Of a stretch of DNA of 64,000 bases, positions 29,046 to 38,160 are shown one piece after another; within the stretch, counting starts at the first letter, position 1, and every line of letters begins with the position of its first letter. The stretch lies in the IMG/VR virus record IMGVR_UViG_3300034170_000057. One strand, written 5' to 3'. Source of the stretch: a virus. Lineage: Duplodnaviria > Caudoviricetes. The position numbers were made by a program, and so were the translations under genes. Below the pieces are notes generated by a model. It saw nothing but the letters and a program-made list of their open reading frames with translations, made no database searches and was not told the DNA's origin.

Positions 29046-29783
29046 ATGATCGTTGATAAATACACTCGCGCTTTCAACACCGAATTCCGCGACGTTGAAC
29101 CCGGCCTCGACCTGCGTGAAGACGGCCAAGCGCTCGTTTTCTCGAAAGTGAATGGCCGTACTTACGTGCGCCCATCGCAAGGCGTTACTGGCGAAATCTT
29201 CGCCGGTATTTCCGTGAACCGGAACACCCCGCCTTCGTTCCTGCCGAAAATCGTTTCCGGTTCCATCGTTCCGGAAAGCGGCGTTGTTGACCTCGGTCGT
29301 CTGCCACTGAATGGCCAAATGCTGGTTAAAGTCGGCGGCGACGTTCTGGAAATTTCCGCTGCTGCGCCTGTTGAAGGCAAAGTGCAAAGCGTCGGCACCA
29401 AACTGTATTTCTTCACCGGCACTCCAGCCAACGGCGGCACCCCTGCTGTTCCGGGCGATACCGGCAAAGAACTGTTTGTGCAGATGATGTACGAACCGAC
29501 CGTTTCCGAAGCCAAAACCGTGCGCGGTGATGCGCCAATCGGCGGCCTGTCGAGTTCCGAACTGGGCCGCATTGCGGTACTGACCCGTGCCGAATCCGTC
29601 GCTACCACTTTCTACGACGCCGCTGCCGATTGGTCGAACGTTCTGCGTCCGAAATTGGGCGTTGACGGTAAATTCACTTCGAGCGGTCCCGGCGAAATCG
29701 TCAACACTGTGTTGGTTCTGCAAACCCCAGTGGCTGACGCTTCTTCCTACGGCCCTCTGGTCGTCAAAATCACCAACGCTTAA
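29046..29783 (+). CDS. head decoration/cement-like protein
   Basis: 245 aa, beta-rich, highly biased codons, immediately upstream of the MCP. Confidence 0.45.
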   Translation: MIVDKYTRAFNTEFRDVEPGLDLREDGQALVFSKVNGRTYVRPSQGVTGEIFAGISVNRNTPPSFLPKIVSGSIVPESGVVDLGRLPLNGQMLVKVGGDVLEISAAAPVEGKVQSVGTKLYFFTGTPANGGTPAVPGDTGKELFVQMMYEPTVSEAKTVRGDAPIGGLSSSELGRIAVLTRAESVATTFYDAAADWSNVLRPKLGVDGKFTSSGPGEIVNTVLVLQTPVADASSYGPLVVKITNA

Positions 29784-29819
29784 TCGCGGATCATTCGAAA
29801 ATCTTTGGAGATACAAAAC

Positions 29820-30920
29820 ATGTTGAACAAAATTCAAGGCGCCCGGATGGTACTGGCTGGTACTGGTGATCCGCTCGAATCCCTGCGTTATTCGAAAGGT
29901 GGTGAACTGGCCCTGTCCGCCAGCACCGGCGAATTCAACGCCAGCTCGCAAAAAGACCTCGCGCTGCAAATCGGTCGTTTGATGCAGGCTGTACAAAGCG
30001 GCGTGATCGTTCCTGAAGCTCAACAAATGGCAACCGCTTCGACTCGCGAAGATCGTCGCGATATCATGCGCGAAGCAATGGCTTCCGACGAAAACTGGAA
30101 AGCACTGGGCGCGAACATTGCGCAACAGGTTTACGAGCAATCCGAGCGCGACGGTTTCCTGCGTAAACTTTCGCAAGGTAACACCCTGCGTCAGGGCGAA
30201 GTACAACGCGTTCCAATGCCTCCGCATGATTCGATGGCAGTTGTTGCCACCGGCCCTGCTGGCGTCGGCTACCAGAACATTCGCGCACGTCAATTCCTGC
30301 CTGCCGAATTCGAAATCATCGCCAACGTTCGCGTAAACGCGCTGGACATGGAACAGGTTTCGGGCGATCTGCTGGAACACGCTTACAACGACGCGCTGCA
30401 ATCCATGATGGTGCAGGAAGACCGTCTGTGGAAAATCGCAGCTGACGCAACTGTCGGCATGATGAACCCAATCGAATACATCGCGGGCGAACTGACCACC
30501 AAAAACCTTGGTCGTCTGCGCACCGCTGTGACCGACTGGAACCTGCCCGCAACCACCGCGATCATTTCGAACGATTACTGGTCCGATATCATCGGTTCGA
30601 ACGATTTCGCAACCATGCTCGATCCGATCACCAAGTACGACTTGGCTCTGAACGGCCAGCTGGGTACGCTGGTTGGTCTGCAACTGCTGACCGATGGTTT
30701 CCGCGCACCGAACCAAAAGGTTCTGGATCGTGGCGAAATCTACGTTGTTGCCAGCCCTGAACACCACGCCGCGTACAGCACCCGTGGCGGTATCCAATCC
30801 CGTCCGGTTGACTACGCGCACGAAGGTTCGACCGCCAAAGGCTGGATGCTGTCCGAAGCGTTCTCGTTCGTTCTCGCCAACAACCGTTCCGTAGTGAAAG
30901 GTAAGCGTCTGGTTCGTTAA
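29820..30920 (+). CDS. major capsid protein
   Basis: 366 aa from the ATG after GGAG; strongest codon bias; HK97-fold-like layout (EDRLW E-loop/spine region, final beta strand SFVLANNRSV); follows protease/scaffold. Confidence 0.75.
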   Translation: MLNKIQGARMVLAGTGDPLESLRYSKGGELALSASTGEFNASSQKDLALQIGRLMQAVQSGVIVPEAQQMATASTREDRRDIMREAMASDENWKALGANIAQQVYEQSERDGFLRKLSQGNTLRQGEVQRVPMPPHDSMAVVATGPAGVGYQNIRARQFLPAEFEIIANVRVNALDMEQVSGDLLEHAYNDALQSMMVQEDRLWKIAADATVGMMNPIEYIAGELTTKNLGRLRTAVTDWNLPATTAIISNDYWSDIIGSNDFATMLDPITKYDLALNGQLGTLVGLQLLTDGFRAPNQKVLDRGEIYVVASPEHHAAYSTRGGIQSRPVDYAHEGSTAKGWMLSEAFSFVLANNRSVVKGKRLVR

Positions 30921-30930
30921 TTAATCTCCG

Positions 30931-30976
30931 CGTCGGTTGAAGTGAAAAGGAGCGCCCCTTTAAATTTCAACCGGCG
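30931..30976 (+). promoter_or_regulatory. long stem-loop after the MCP stop (processing/stability element)
   Basis: CGTCGGTTGAA/TTCAACCGGCG plus inner AAAGG/CCTTT; no U-tract. Confidence 0.5.
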
Positions 30977-31000
30977 TTAGATTCTTCTGGAGATTATACG

Positions 31001-31534
31001 ATGGACATTCAGGCTCTTTTTTCACTTGCGGCATTGTGTTGCAAAAACGGAAGAGACGAATTGGCAATCCAAGTGCTTAAACAGATTTGTGATTGCGATG
31101 AATTTTCTTCGGTCCTGAACAGTTCGCTAATGCCTGCATTGAATGGTGTTTCGGCACCAGACTGTGCAACGGTTCCGATTGCTGAAAGTGGCAATGAAGG
31201 GCAAGTCGATGGACTCGATAGTTATGTCGATTACGTCGAAGAAACTTCCCCGACTGTGACCAAGTTCGGCACTGCTCCAAATTCGGAAAACTCCATCAAC
31301 CCTTCGTTGCATGGAACTGATAGCACTGCGCTTCGCCAGATTCTGTCGATTGCTTCCGCTGTCTACGTACAAAAGCAGTATCTGGAAGAGGGTGAGGTAA
31401 TTATCCTCGATCCACAATTATCGGCTTTTGCTTCTGTTGACCTCGAACCCTACGACGATGAATCGTTGGTAGTTCGCGGTAAACCGCAAGCGATGCAACC
31501 GCTTATTCCGGGCCGTATCAGGATCACGCTGTAA
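31001..31534 (+). CDS. hypothetical protein
   Basis: SD GGAG, 177 aa, followed by a terminator. Confidence 0.6.
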   Translation: MDIQALFSLAALCCKNGRDELAIQVLKQICDCDEFSSVLNSSLMPALNGVSAPDCATVPIAESGNEGQVDGLDSYVDYVEETSPTVTKFGTAPNSENSINPSLHGTDSTALRQILSIASAVYVQKQYLEEGEVIILDPQLSAFASVDLEPYDDESLVVRGKPQAMQPLIPGRIRITL

Positions 31535-31536
31535 CG

Positions 31537-31578
31537 AAAAGGCCGCTGTGAGAAATCACGACGGCCTTTTTTGTTTTT
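31537..31578 (+). terminator. rho-independent terminator
   Basis: AAAAGGCCG...CGGCCTTTTTTGTTTTT. Confidence 0.8.
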
Positions 31579-31591
31579 GGAGGCAGAAAAT

Positions 31592-32314
31592 ATGACTGAT
31601 ACGCCAGCCCAAGAGAAATTTCGGGATGTATTAAAAAGTCGTGACTTGCTAGGCAATCAAAGTTTTAAACAGACGCATTTGTTTACCTCGTTCGCCGCCA
31701 TCCGTGCGTCGTTCAAACGATATTTTAAACTTGAGGATTTGCCGTTCGTTCACAACAACGATGCAAAGATGGTGCAACGGTCGAAGCTGGTGCCGACGTA
31801 TCCCTATGCCTACGTGAGCGTGAACAGCATTGCAAAGACTGAGGCTCATTTGCTATCGACGACAATTCGCCGTCGTGGCTCCGGGGATGTTCTGGATGGC
31901 TCGAATAGCCAAATCACCCGGCTGCATTATTTCCCAATTACACTTCGTTATGAACTCCACTACATCACGAACGATTATTTCGATGCGATCCGTTTCATCG
32001 GGGAATGTCTTATCTTGGTTGATTCGAAAGCCTTGAACGTGCGCATCACAAGTGGTAAAGCCAGTAGCTTCCTCGACATTGTGTTGGACTCAAAAGAAAT
32101 CGCAATTCCACGGGCCGACAAAGAAAACGAAGCCGACCCGGAATCTTTCGATTTGGTTGTTTCTTGTTATTCCAATACGTGGACTGGTGTTGAGAAGAAA
32201 ATCTCCAAGATCAACAATCGCGGAGAAGTCGAATTCAATGCTGTCGTGGTCAATCCCGATGGCACTGTTACGGACGAAGAAATTTCCATACTCCAAACGG
32301 CGGGTGATGTATGA
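31592..32314 (+). CDS. tail completion/terminator or neck protein (putative)
   Basis: SD GGAGG; position before sheath/tube; FPITLRYELHY strand pattern. Confidence 0.4.
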   Translation: MTDTPAQEKFRDVLKSRDLLGNQSFKQTHLFTSFAAIRASFKRYFKLEDLPFVHNNDAKMVQRSKLVPTYPYAYVSVNSIAKTEAHLLSTTIRRRGSGDVLDGSNSQITRLHYFPITLRYELHYITNDYFDAIRFIGECLILVDSKALNVRITSGKASSFLDIVLDSKEIAIPRADKENEADPESFDLVVSCYSNTWTGVEKKISKINNRGEVEFNAVVVNPDGTVTDEEISILQTAGDV

Positions 32315-33666
32315 AGCCACTCCAAGTTTACCGTCCACCGGCCCGCACAATCGTGACGGAAACGCGCCAGTTTCTGGTGGACAATACGCGGCGCACAGGC
32401 ATTAACGCTTTCAGTGTCGCGACTAAAGTAACAGAAGCAACACTCGATCAAAAAGACATTACGATCGGTCCCGGAAATCCGTACACAATTAAGGATGTGC
32501 ATCACATTCTTTCTATTCAGTGTCCGCATCCGATCCAGATTGAAATGCTCGCCTTCGGTACGATTCCAGAACCAGAAGTGCGCACGGAACAGGTTTATTT
32601 CGACGCTGAAATTGTGATCGGTGTAGCGAACGCCTCGCGCTTTGTGACGGTTCGCGTTATTGATCAGGACATTTTCACTTCGGCACCAATCACTATTTCC
32701 GTGCAGAATATGCGGACTGGTGAAACCGAAGAGGTGCAGCTGCAACGCGTCGAGTCCGGTATTTATGAGTCCTTTTTGCAGACGCAAAACAACGATGCGA
32801 CCGGCACCGATTTTGACGGCACAATGTTCTGCCGAAAAGATGACACGTTGCGATTCATTTACGAAGAGCCTTACGACGTCACCGGGAAATCCCGTGTAGT
32901 GACAAAAGATCAGGTTGTTACGCTGGATTTCGAACCGACTACGATTGACGTTCCGGCCACTGTTGTTTTCGGTGGTTTCCTGAATTTCAAGGTGCGTAAT
33001 GCACGATCGCAATCGGCGCAGATTACCAACGTTCGCAGTGGTTCCACCTTGACCGTTTTACACAGTGCGTTCGTACCCATTGAATTGACGTTCAACGACG
33101 GCCCAGCGGCTCTGGCAGTGAACGATAATGACGTAATTCAGATTGTCACCCAAGGCCGGGATATCTACGGTCAAGTGCAAAACGTTATTTCTGAAGTCAC
33201 TGTGCGCCCTGCTGACACTGCTGTAATTGACGCTCCGACACAGGTTGATATCACTAAACCTTTCTCGGTATTGATCACGGATAACAGCGCAGGCAATTCG
33301 AAAAGCGTTGTGTTCCGCAATCAATTGACGGGCTCTGTTTTCAGTTACCCGTTGAATCAAATGTTTTATCCGTATTCCGGCAAATATGGGATTGATCTGG
33401 AATCGTTCCACCACATCGGCCTGCCGGGCCAACCTGTTTCAATCGAATATACGGTTGGAGTTTCGACCGTGACAAAAACGCTGGAATTGGTAATGCCTGC
33501 AACGGCATCCTGTCCCGCGCCAGCCGTAACCGATCCGGATGCTGGTGTTCAAAGCACTCCGGTAAAAATGACGGTAAATGGTCAATTCTTTCTGAATGGA
33601 TCTTTTGCCGGAACCATTCGGCTTTCGTCCGATATGGTCGTTCGCTGTACTTTGATAAAAGCGTAA
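32311..33666 (+). CDS. virion structural protein, beta-rich
   Basis: 451 aa, T/V/S-rich, in the tail operon. Confidence 0.5.
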   Translation: MKPLQVYRPPARTIVTETRQFLVDNTRRTGINAFSVATKVTEATLDQKDITIGPGNPYTIKDVHHILSIQCPHPIQIEMLAFGTIPEPEVRTEQVYFDAEIVIGVANASRFVTVRVIDQDIFTSAPITISVQNMRTGETEEVQLQRVESGIYESFLQTQNNDATGTDFDGTMFCRKDDTLRFIYEEPYDVTGKSRVVTKDQVVTLDFEPTTIDVPATVVFGGFLNFKVRNARSQSAQITNVRSGSTLTVLHSAFVPIELTFNDGPAALAVNDNDVIQIVTQGRDIYGQVQNVISEVTVRPADTAVIDAPTQVDITKPFSVLITDNSAGNSKSVVFRNQLTGSVFSYPLNQMFYPYSGKYGIDLESFHHIGLPGQPVSIEYTVGVSTVTKTLELVMPATASCPAPAVTDPDAGVQSTPVKMTVNGQFFLNGSFAGTIRLSSDMVVRCTLIKA

Positions 33667-33670
33667 TTTA
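33664..33670 (+). promoter_or_regulatory. putative late promoter motif TAATTTA
   Basis: Overlaps the 33666 stop, 44 nt before the sheath 2 ATG. Confidence 0.45.
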
Positions 33671-33714
33671 TTAGTAATCCCGAAAACAGTTTGGGAGATT
33701 ACTGGAGAAAGTCC

Positions 33715-35307
33715 ATGACCCTACAAAACGGCAGTAATACGTCGGCGGGTGTGTACGGCGGTGAAGTGGATAACTCACAATCCACATCGTCCACCTACCC
33801 GACCACGGGGGCTATGGTAAGTGAATCCAATCGCGGACGTGTTGGCATTCCAACGCTTGTTACCAGCGTGGGGGATTTCCGGGCCAAATTTGGCTTGCGT
33901 GATGCATCGCTTACCTTCGGCCATTTTGCCGCTGAACGCTTCCTGAAAAAAGCACAGCGGCTCTGGTTTTTGCGCGTTGATACCGAAGCAGAATTCGGTT
34001 CGGCAACGGTTGTTACGAAAGACGGATTCGCCATGCCAAAAGCGGCGACCCAAGGTTATCTTGATCCGGATACCGAACACAACCAACTGCCAGACGAAAT
34101 CGGTTTGATTTACGCCGCTGATCCGGGCAAGTGGAACAACCAACTTCGCGTCTTGATGTATCCGGACGTGAACGATATTGAAAACGAGCAATTTGTTTTG
34201 CAAGTTTTCGAAACCAACATGAGTAACCCGGTTGAAACTTACCGTGGCACTCTGCGCGAAAAGGTTGACGGCCAACGCCGCCAATTGAGCATCGCGTACC
34301 AGTTGGAAAACCTCGAATCCCGCGTTCGTTTCAAACCGAACGTTGAGCATCCTGAGTACGTGAGTTCGGGCGGTTCCAAACGTCTGATTAACGCGATTGT
34401 CGAAGTCGATTTGTCCTACGGTTCCAATGGCCGTGTGGCGAACGCTGGCGATATCATCACAGGCTGGGGCGAATTCGAAAACGAGGATGATTTCGAAATC
34501 CGTTTGCTGATCAACGCGGGCTATGCCGACGCGGGGATTCATCAGGAAATGATTCAGCTGGCGGAAACTCGCCGTGACTGTTTCGCGATTCTCGATATTC
34601 CGTCCGATCAACAAACGGTAACGCGTGCGGTTAATTACCGACGCAACACGTTGAACACCAACACCAGTTTCGCCGCACTTTATTGCGCGGATATTCTGGA
34701 AGTTACCGACGATAACCAAGAAGTCTACGTGCCTTGTTCCGGTGCTATCGCTGCTGTGTTCGCACAGTCTGACGAAGCGCGTGACGTATTTTGGGCACCG
34801 GCTGGTGTTATCCGTGGCGTGATCACCGAAATCAGCGGCGTGCGTCACCGTTACTCGCTGCCAGAACGGAACATCCTCGACCAAAACCAAATCAACATGA
34901 TCCACAAGCAAGCCGGTTACGGTTATTGCGTGTGGGGCGCACAGACTTTGCAATCGCAGAAATCGGCGTTGCAAGATGTACCTGTTCGCCGTCTGATTAA
35001 CTTGATCGAAACCACTGCGAAATATGACGTTCTTGTCGGCCTGTTTGATCCGAACGATGAATTCCTGTGGGCACAATTGAAAGGCGTTGTGGAACGTATC
35101 CTCGACCCGATCAAACGTGCGCGTGGTCTGTATTTCTCGGCTGTGTATTGCGACAAGAATACCAACCCGAAATCGCAGATTGCGAATGGTGACGTTGCAC
35201 TGGTCTACGTGATTCAGCCGACTCGTTATGCGAAGCGGATCAAATTCACAACGACTGTTGCGGCCACCGGCCAACTGTCCACCGCCGTGGAACAAATCGC
35301 GGCGTAA
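33715..35307 (+). CDS. contractile tail sheath protein, paralogue 2
   Basis: SAGVY; VFWAPAGVIRG; INMIHKQAGYGYCVWGAQTL; VPVRRL; SD GGAG. Confidence 0.92.
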   Translation: MTLQNGSNTSAGVYGGEVDNSQSTSSTYPTTGAMVSESNRGRVGIPTLVTSVGDFRAKFGLRDASLTFGHFAAERFLKKAQRLWFLRVDTEAEFGSATVVTKDGFAMPKAATQGYLDPDTEHNQLPDEIGLIYAADPGKWNNQLRVLMYPDVNDIENEQFVLQVFETNMSNPVETYRGTLREKVDGQRRQLSIAYQLENLESRVRFKPNVEHPEYVSSGGSKRLINAIVEVDLSYGSNGRVANAGDIITGWGEFENEDDFEIRLLINAGYADAGIHQEMIQLAETRRDCFAILDIPSDQQTVTRAVNYRRNTLNTNTSFAALYCADILEVTDDNQEVYVPCSGAIAAVFAQSDEARDVFWAPAGVIRGVITEISGVRHRYSLPERNILDQNQINMIHKQAGYGYCVWGAQTLQSQKSALQDVPVRRLINLIETTAKYDVLVGLFDPNDEFLWAQLKGVVERILDPIKRARGLYFSAVYCDKNTNPKSQIANGDVALVYVIQPTRYAKRIKFTTTVAATGQLSTAVEQIAA

Positions 35308-35331
35308 ACCCAACAAAGGAACAGGTGATTT

Positions 35332-35841
35332 ATGCCTAAAGTAACGTTGGACGAAGCGTATAGCCTGCTCGACCCGATGCTGAATGACAACTTTGAACTT
35401 TTGTTCACTGACATTCCGGGCGGTGGCGACGGTCGTCAATTGCGGATTCAATGCTTGGGCGCTTCGCTCCCCGGCGCAAGTCTGCAAACTGTTGAGGTCG
35501 AATTGTTCGGCCACAAACTGATTTTTGCTGCACGTAAAACCTTCAGCCATAGCATGACCGTGGCGCTGCACGAAGTTTATGATGCGCGCACTTATCAGGC
35601 TCTGAAAGATTGGGCGGCTGTTGGCCGTGCAACGCAAACGCAAACTGGTGGTTTCCACGATGCGTACATGCGTACCGCGCAGCTGACCGTGTTCGACCAA
35701 ACTGGCGCGGATGCTGCGTCGTGGAATATTCACCGGATGTTCCCGACCGAAATTTCCGAGTACGCTTTCGAAGGTGCTGGTGGTCAAGCACTCCGTCAGG
35801 ATGCGACCTTCGCCTATGGCTACGTAGAGCGCGTTATCTGA
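35332..35841 (+). CDS. tail tube protein
   Basis: 169 aa directly after the sheath; ASLPG, W..HRMFPTEIS, ATFAY (gp19-like pattern). Confidence 0.8.
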   Translation: MPKVTLDEAYSLLDPMLNDNFELLFTDIPGGGDGRQLRIQCLGASLPGASLQTVEVELFGHKLIFAARKTFSHSMTVALHEVYDARTYQALKDWAAVGRATQTQTGGFHDAYMRTAQLTVFDQTGADAASWNIHRMFPTEISEYAFEGAGGQALRQDATFAYGYVERVI

Positions 35842-35848
35842 TTTGCGG

Positions 35849-35883
35849 AAAGCCCGGTGCATATTTTTGCATTGGGCTTTTTT
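35849..35883 (+). terminator. rho-independent terminator
   Basis: AAAGCCCGGTGCA/TGCATTGGGCTTT followed by TTT. Confidence 0.8.
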
Positions 35884-35903
35884 CGCTTGTGTGGAGTCTA
35901 TAA

Positions 35904-36407
35904 ATGCCAATCCTTTCGCTCGAAGAATTTGCAGAAAAACGTTCGGGTGATCGAAGCCCGATGCTTGATTTTTATTGGTACTGTATCGAATTGCCTTTCG
36001 ACCTTGATCCGTCATACGTCGAGGAAGTTACGCTACCAGTTCCGTCGATCAACATGAAGCCGGTTTTCATGGCTGGTCGTTTTGCACAGTACCCCGGCTT
36101 TCGTGAATTAAGTGCATTCGATCTTACTTTTTACGAAGACGTTTCGATGCGCAGTTTCAAATATGTGGAGGCATGGCGCAATCGTGTGATGCATCCTACG
36201 GAAGGTTATTATTACCTACCGGGAAACTACAAACGCAATATGAAATTTGCTTTGACTGACGGGCGCACAACTGACACGCCTGTCATGACGATAACGCTAG
36301 AGGATGTTTGGCCCACCACCACAAGCCCCATCGGCTTAGTGAACAATGGCGGCCAAGCGATTAAGGTTCAGCAAAACTTTGCAATTGATAGGGTGACATA
36401 CGAATGA
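35904..36407 (+). CDS. tail tube-like protein (tube initiator, gp54-like)
   Basis: 167 aa; VTLPVP, LTFYED, LEDVWPTT, QNFAID: a second tube-fold pattern. Confidence 0.65.
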   Translation: MPILSLEEFAEKRSGDRSPMLDFYWYCIELPFDLDPSYVEEVTLPVPSINMKPVFMAGRFAQYPGFRELSAFDLTFYEDVSMRSFKYVEAWRNRVMHPTEGYYYLPGNYKRNMKFALTDGRTTDTPVMTITLEDVWPTTTSPIGLVNNGGQAIKVQQNFAIDRVTYE

Positions 36408-37186
36408 AATTCGATAGTTCTAATCTGCCGTCCCGTGGGATTCCTTATGCTGTCAAAAGTATCGAGGCAAATCCTTTTCGCCCGCGCCATCTGCCGTATC
36501 TTTCTGAAGCCATCTTGACGAAAAACGATGCGCCTCTGATCGAAGCTGTAGGGCAGGTTTTGGACTTCGATGTAAATCAGCTTACCGACGGGGATTTTTA
36601 TTATATCCTGACGTGGCTGCGTTTCGTTTCGCGTGACCTCCCGATCTTTTGTGAGTGGGAATGCACAGGCCTTGTGTTCACCCGTGAGGATGACCCAACC
36701 GGCAAGCTGTACACCATGGAAGATATCGACAATATGGCCGCGAATTATGATGCGGCTAAAGGCACCGAAGCCGAAGAACACATGGAAGATCCGAGCAAGA
36801 TTCAATGGCTCGAAGAAGACTGCGAACAGTACAACAATCAGACGGCAGCGTTTGAAGATTTTACGATTCGCTACATGGATGAATCCGACCTCGATCCTGA
36901 GCTGGATTATCCGCGTGTGCGCGATTTGGTTTCGTACAAAGAACTCGGCGCCGACGTGCGCAATCAGAAAGTGATCGGCCCCGTGCGTTACCTGAAGGAA
37001 GGTAAAACCCTGCACGAACGCCTAAACTCTCTCGACAATATCGAAATGGAATTGTTCGATAAAGCTACACGCGCCCACTTCCAATTTGACCACGGCGTGA
37101 TGCAGCGCATTCACAAGAAGTGCCCGAAGTGTGGGCGCGAACATGCGTTCGACGTGAACGTCGATGCTCATTCGTTCTTCGTTTAA
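36404..37186 (+). CDS. baseplate hub assembly protein (T4 gp26-like), paralogue A
   Basis: LPSRG.PY, DVNQLTDGDFYYILTWLR, C-terminal KCPKCG. Confidence 0.65.
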   Translation: MKFDSSNLPSRGIPYAVKSIEANPFRPRHLPYLSEAILTKNDAPLIEAVGQVLDFDVNQLTDGDFYYILTWLRFVSRDLPIFCEWECTGLVFTREDDPTGKLYTMEDIDNMAANYDAAKGTEAEEHMEDPSKIQWLEEDCEQYNNQTAAFEDFTIRYMDESDLDPELDYPRVRDLVSYKELGADVRNQKVIGPVRYLKEGKTLHERLNSLDNIEMELFDKATRAHFQFDHGVMQRIHKKCPKCGREHAFDVNVDAHSFFV

Positions 37187-38155
37187 ATGAAAGACGAATT
37201 AGATGCTCTTTTCGTAGAGGTGGGGGATCTGCTAACTGGCAATCCTGCAATTGACGACTTCTACGATTTCGACCGCATTTATCTGCGTCAATTCGTACTA
37301 AAAGAATTGCCGCTGCTGCATACCGGTATGACGGCTAAGACACGTCCGCACCAGCACATTATCCGTGCGGTGCAAATGTGCTGCAACGTCGATATCAATC
37401 AATTAACAGACGGCGATTTCATGTACATCATGGCGCGTCTGCGAAAAAATTCCTTTCCTGAGTTTCCCGTGCGTGCGCAATACACCTGCAACAATATGGT
37501 TTATGTGAACGCCAAAAACAATATCGGTTTCGGTGTGCAGGCTAAGGACGCCAAGCGTCTTGGCTTTACGCTGCAACCGTGTGGGCACACACAGTCGGAA
37601 ATCGTTCCACAAACTGAAATCCTGCTGAACACTTTGGAAGACGACAACAACCGTTTAATCCATCCGAAAATTTCGTTGCCTCGTGTGGGCACACTGACCG
37701 ATTACTACGAACACATTGACGATCACCCGCGTGATAAATACGTGGGCGATATTGCGCGCTGGGTCAAGCAAGGCAAGACGTTTAAAGCCAAGCTCAATTA
37801 TTTGATGGCGCAGCCGGACATGGTTCTGTTTCATGAAATCGAGAAAGTAAAAACGAAATGGTTTCACGGCGTCACGGAAAAAGTGCGGCTGCGTTGCGGT
37901 CAGTGTAACCACGTTATGTTCCATGAATCGAGTCCATCCATGCTGAGCTTCTTTGCGGATAACTCCGACAAAGACGTTTATGTAATGTGCTATAACCTCA
38001 TGTCACAATTCGGGGTTATGCCTGATATGAATATGCCGGTGCGTATGTTCCTCTATCACCATTCCACTTTGGCAGCCGACCGGCGTGAAGCGGAACAGAA
38101 AGCAAAAGCACAACAAAATGGTGGTAAACCTGTGATGGGCACCAGAAGAAGGTAA
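37187..38155 (+). CDS. baseplate hub assembly protein (gp26/gp51-like), paralogue B
   Basis: DINQLTDGDFMYIMARLR, PRVG, RCGQCN; shares motifs with the previous gene. Confidence 0.6.
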   Translation: MKDELDALFVEVGDLLTGNPAIDDFYDFDRIYLRQFVLKELPLLHTGMTAKTRPHQHIIRAVQMCCNVDINQLTDGDFMYIMARLRKNSFPEFPVRAQYTCNNMVYVNAKNNIGFGVQAKDAKRLGFTLQPCGHTQSEIVPQTEILLNTLEDDNNRLIHPKISLPRVGTLTDYYEHIDDHPRDKYVGDIARWVKQGKTFKAKLNYLMAQPDMVLFHEIEKVKTKWFHGVTEKVRLRCGQCNHVMFHESSPSMLSFFADNSDKDVYVMCYNLMSQFGVMPDMNMPVRMFLYHHSTLAADRREAEQKAKAQQNGGKPVMGTRRR

Positions 38156-38160
38156 ATCGC

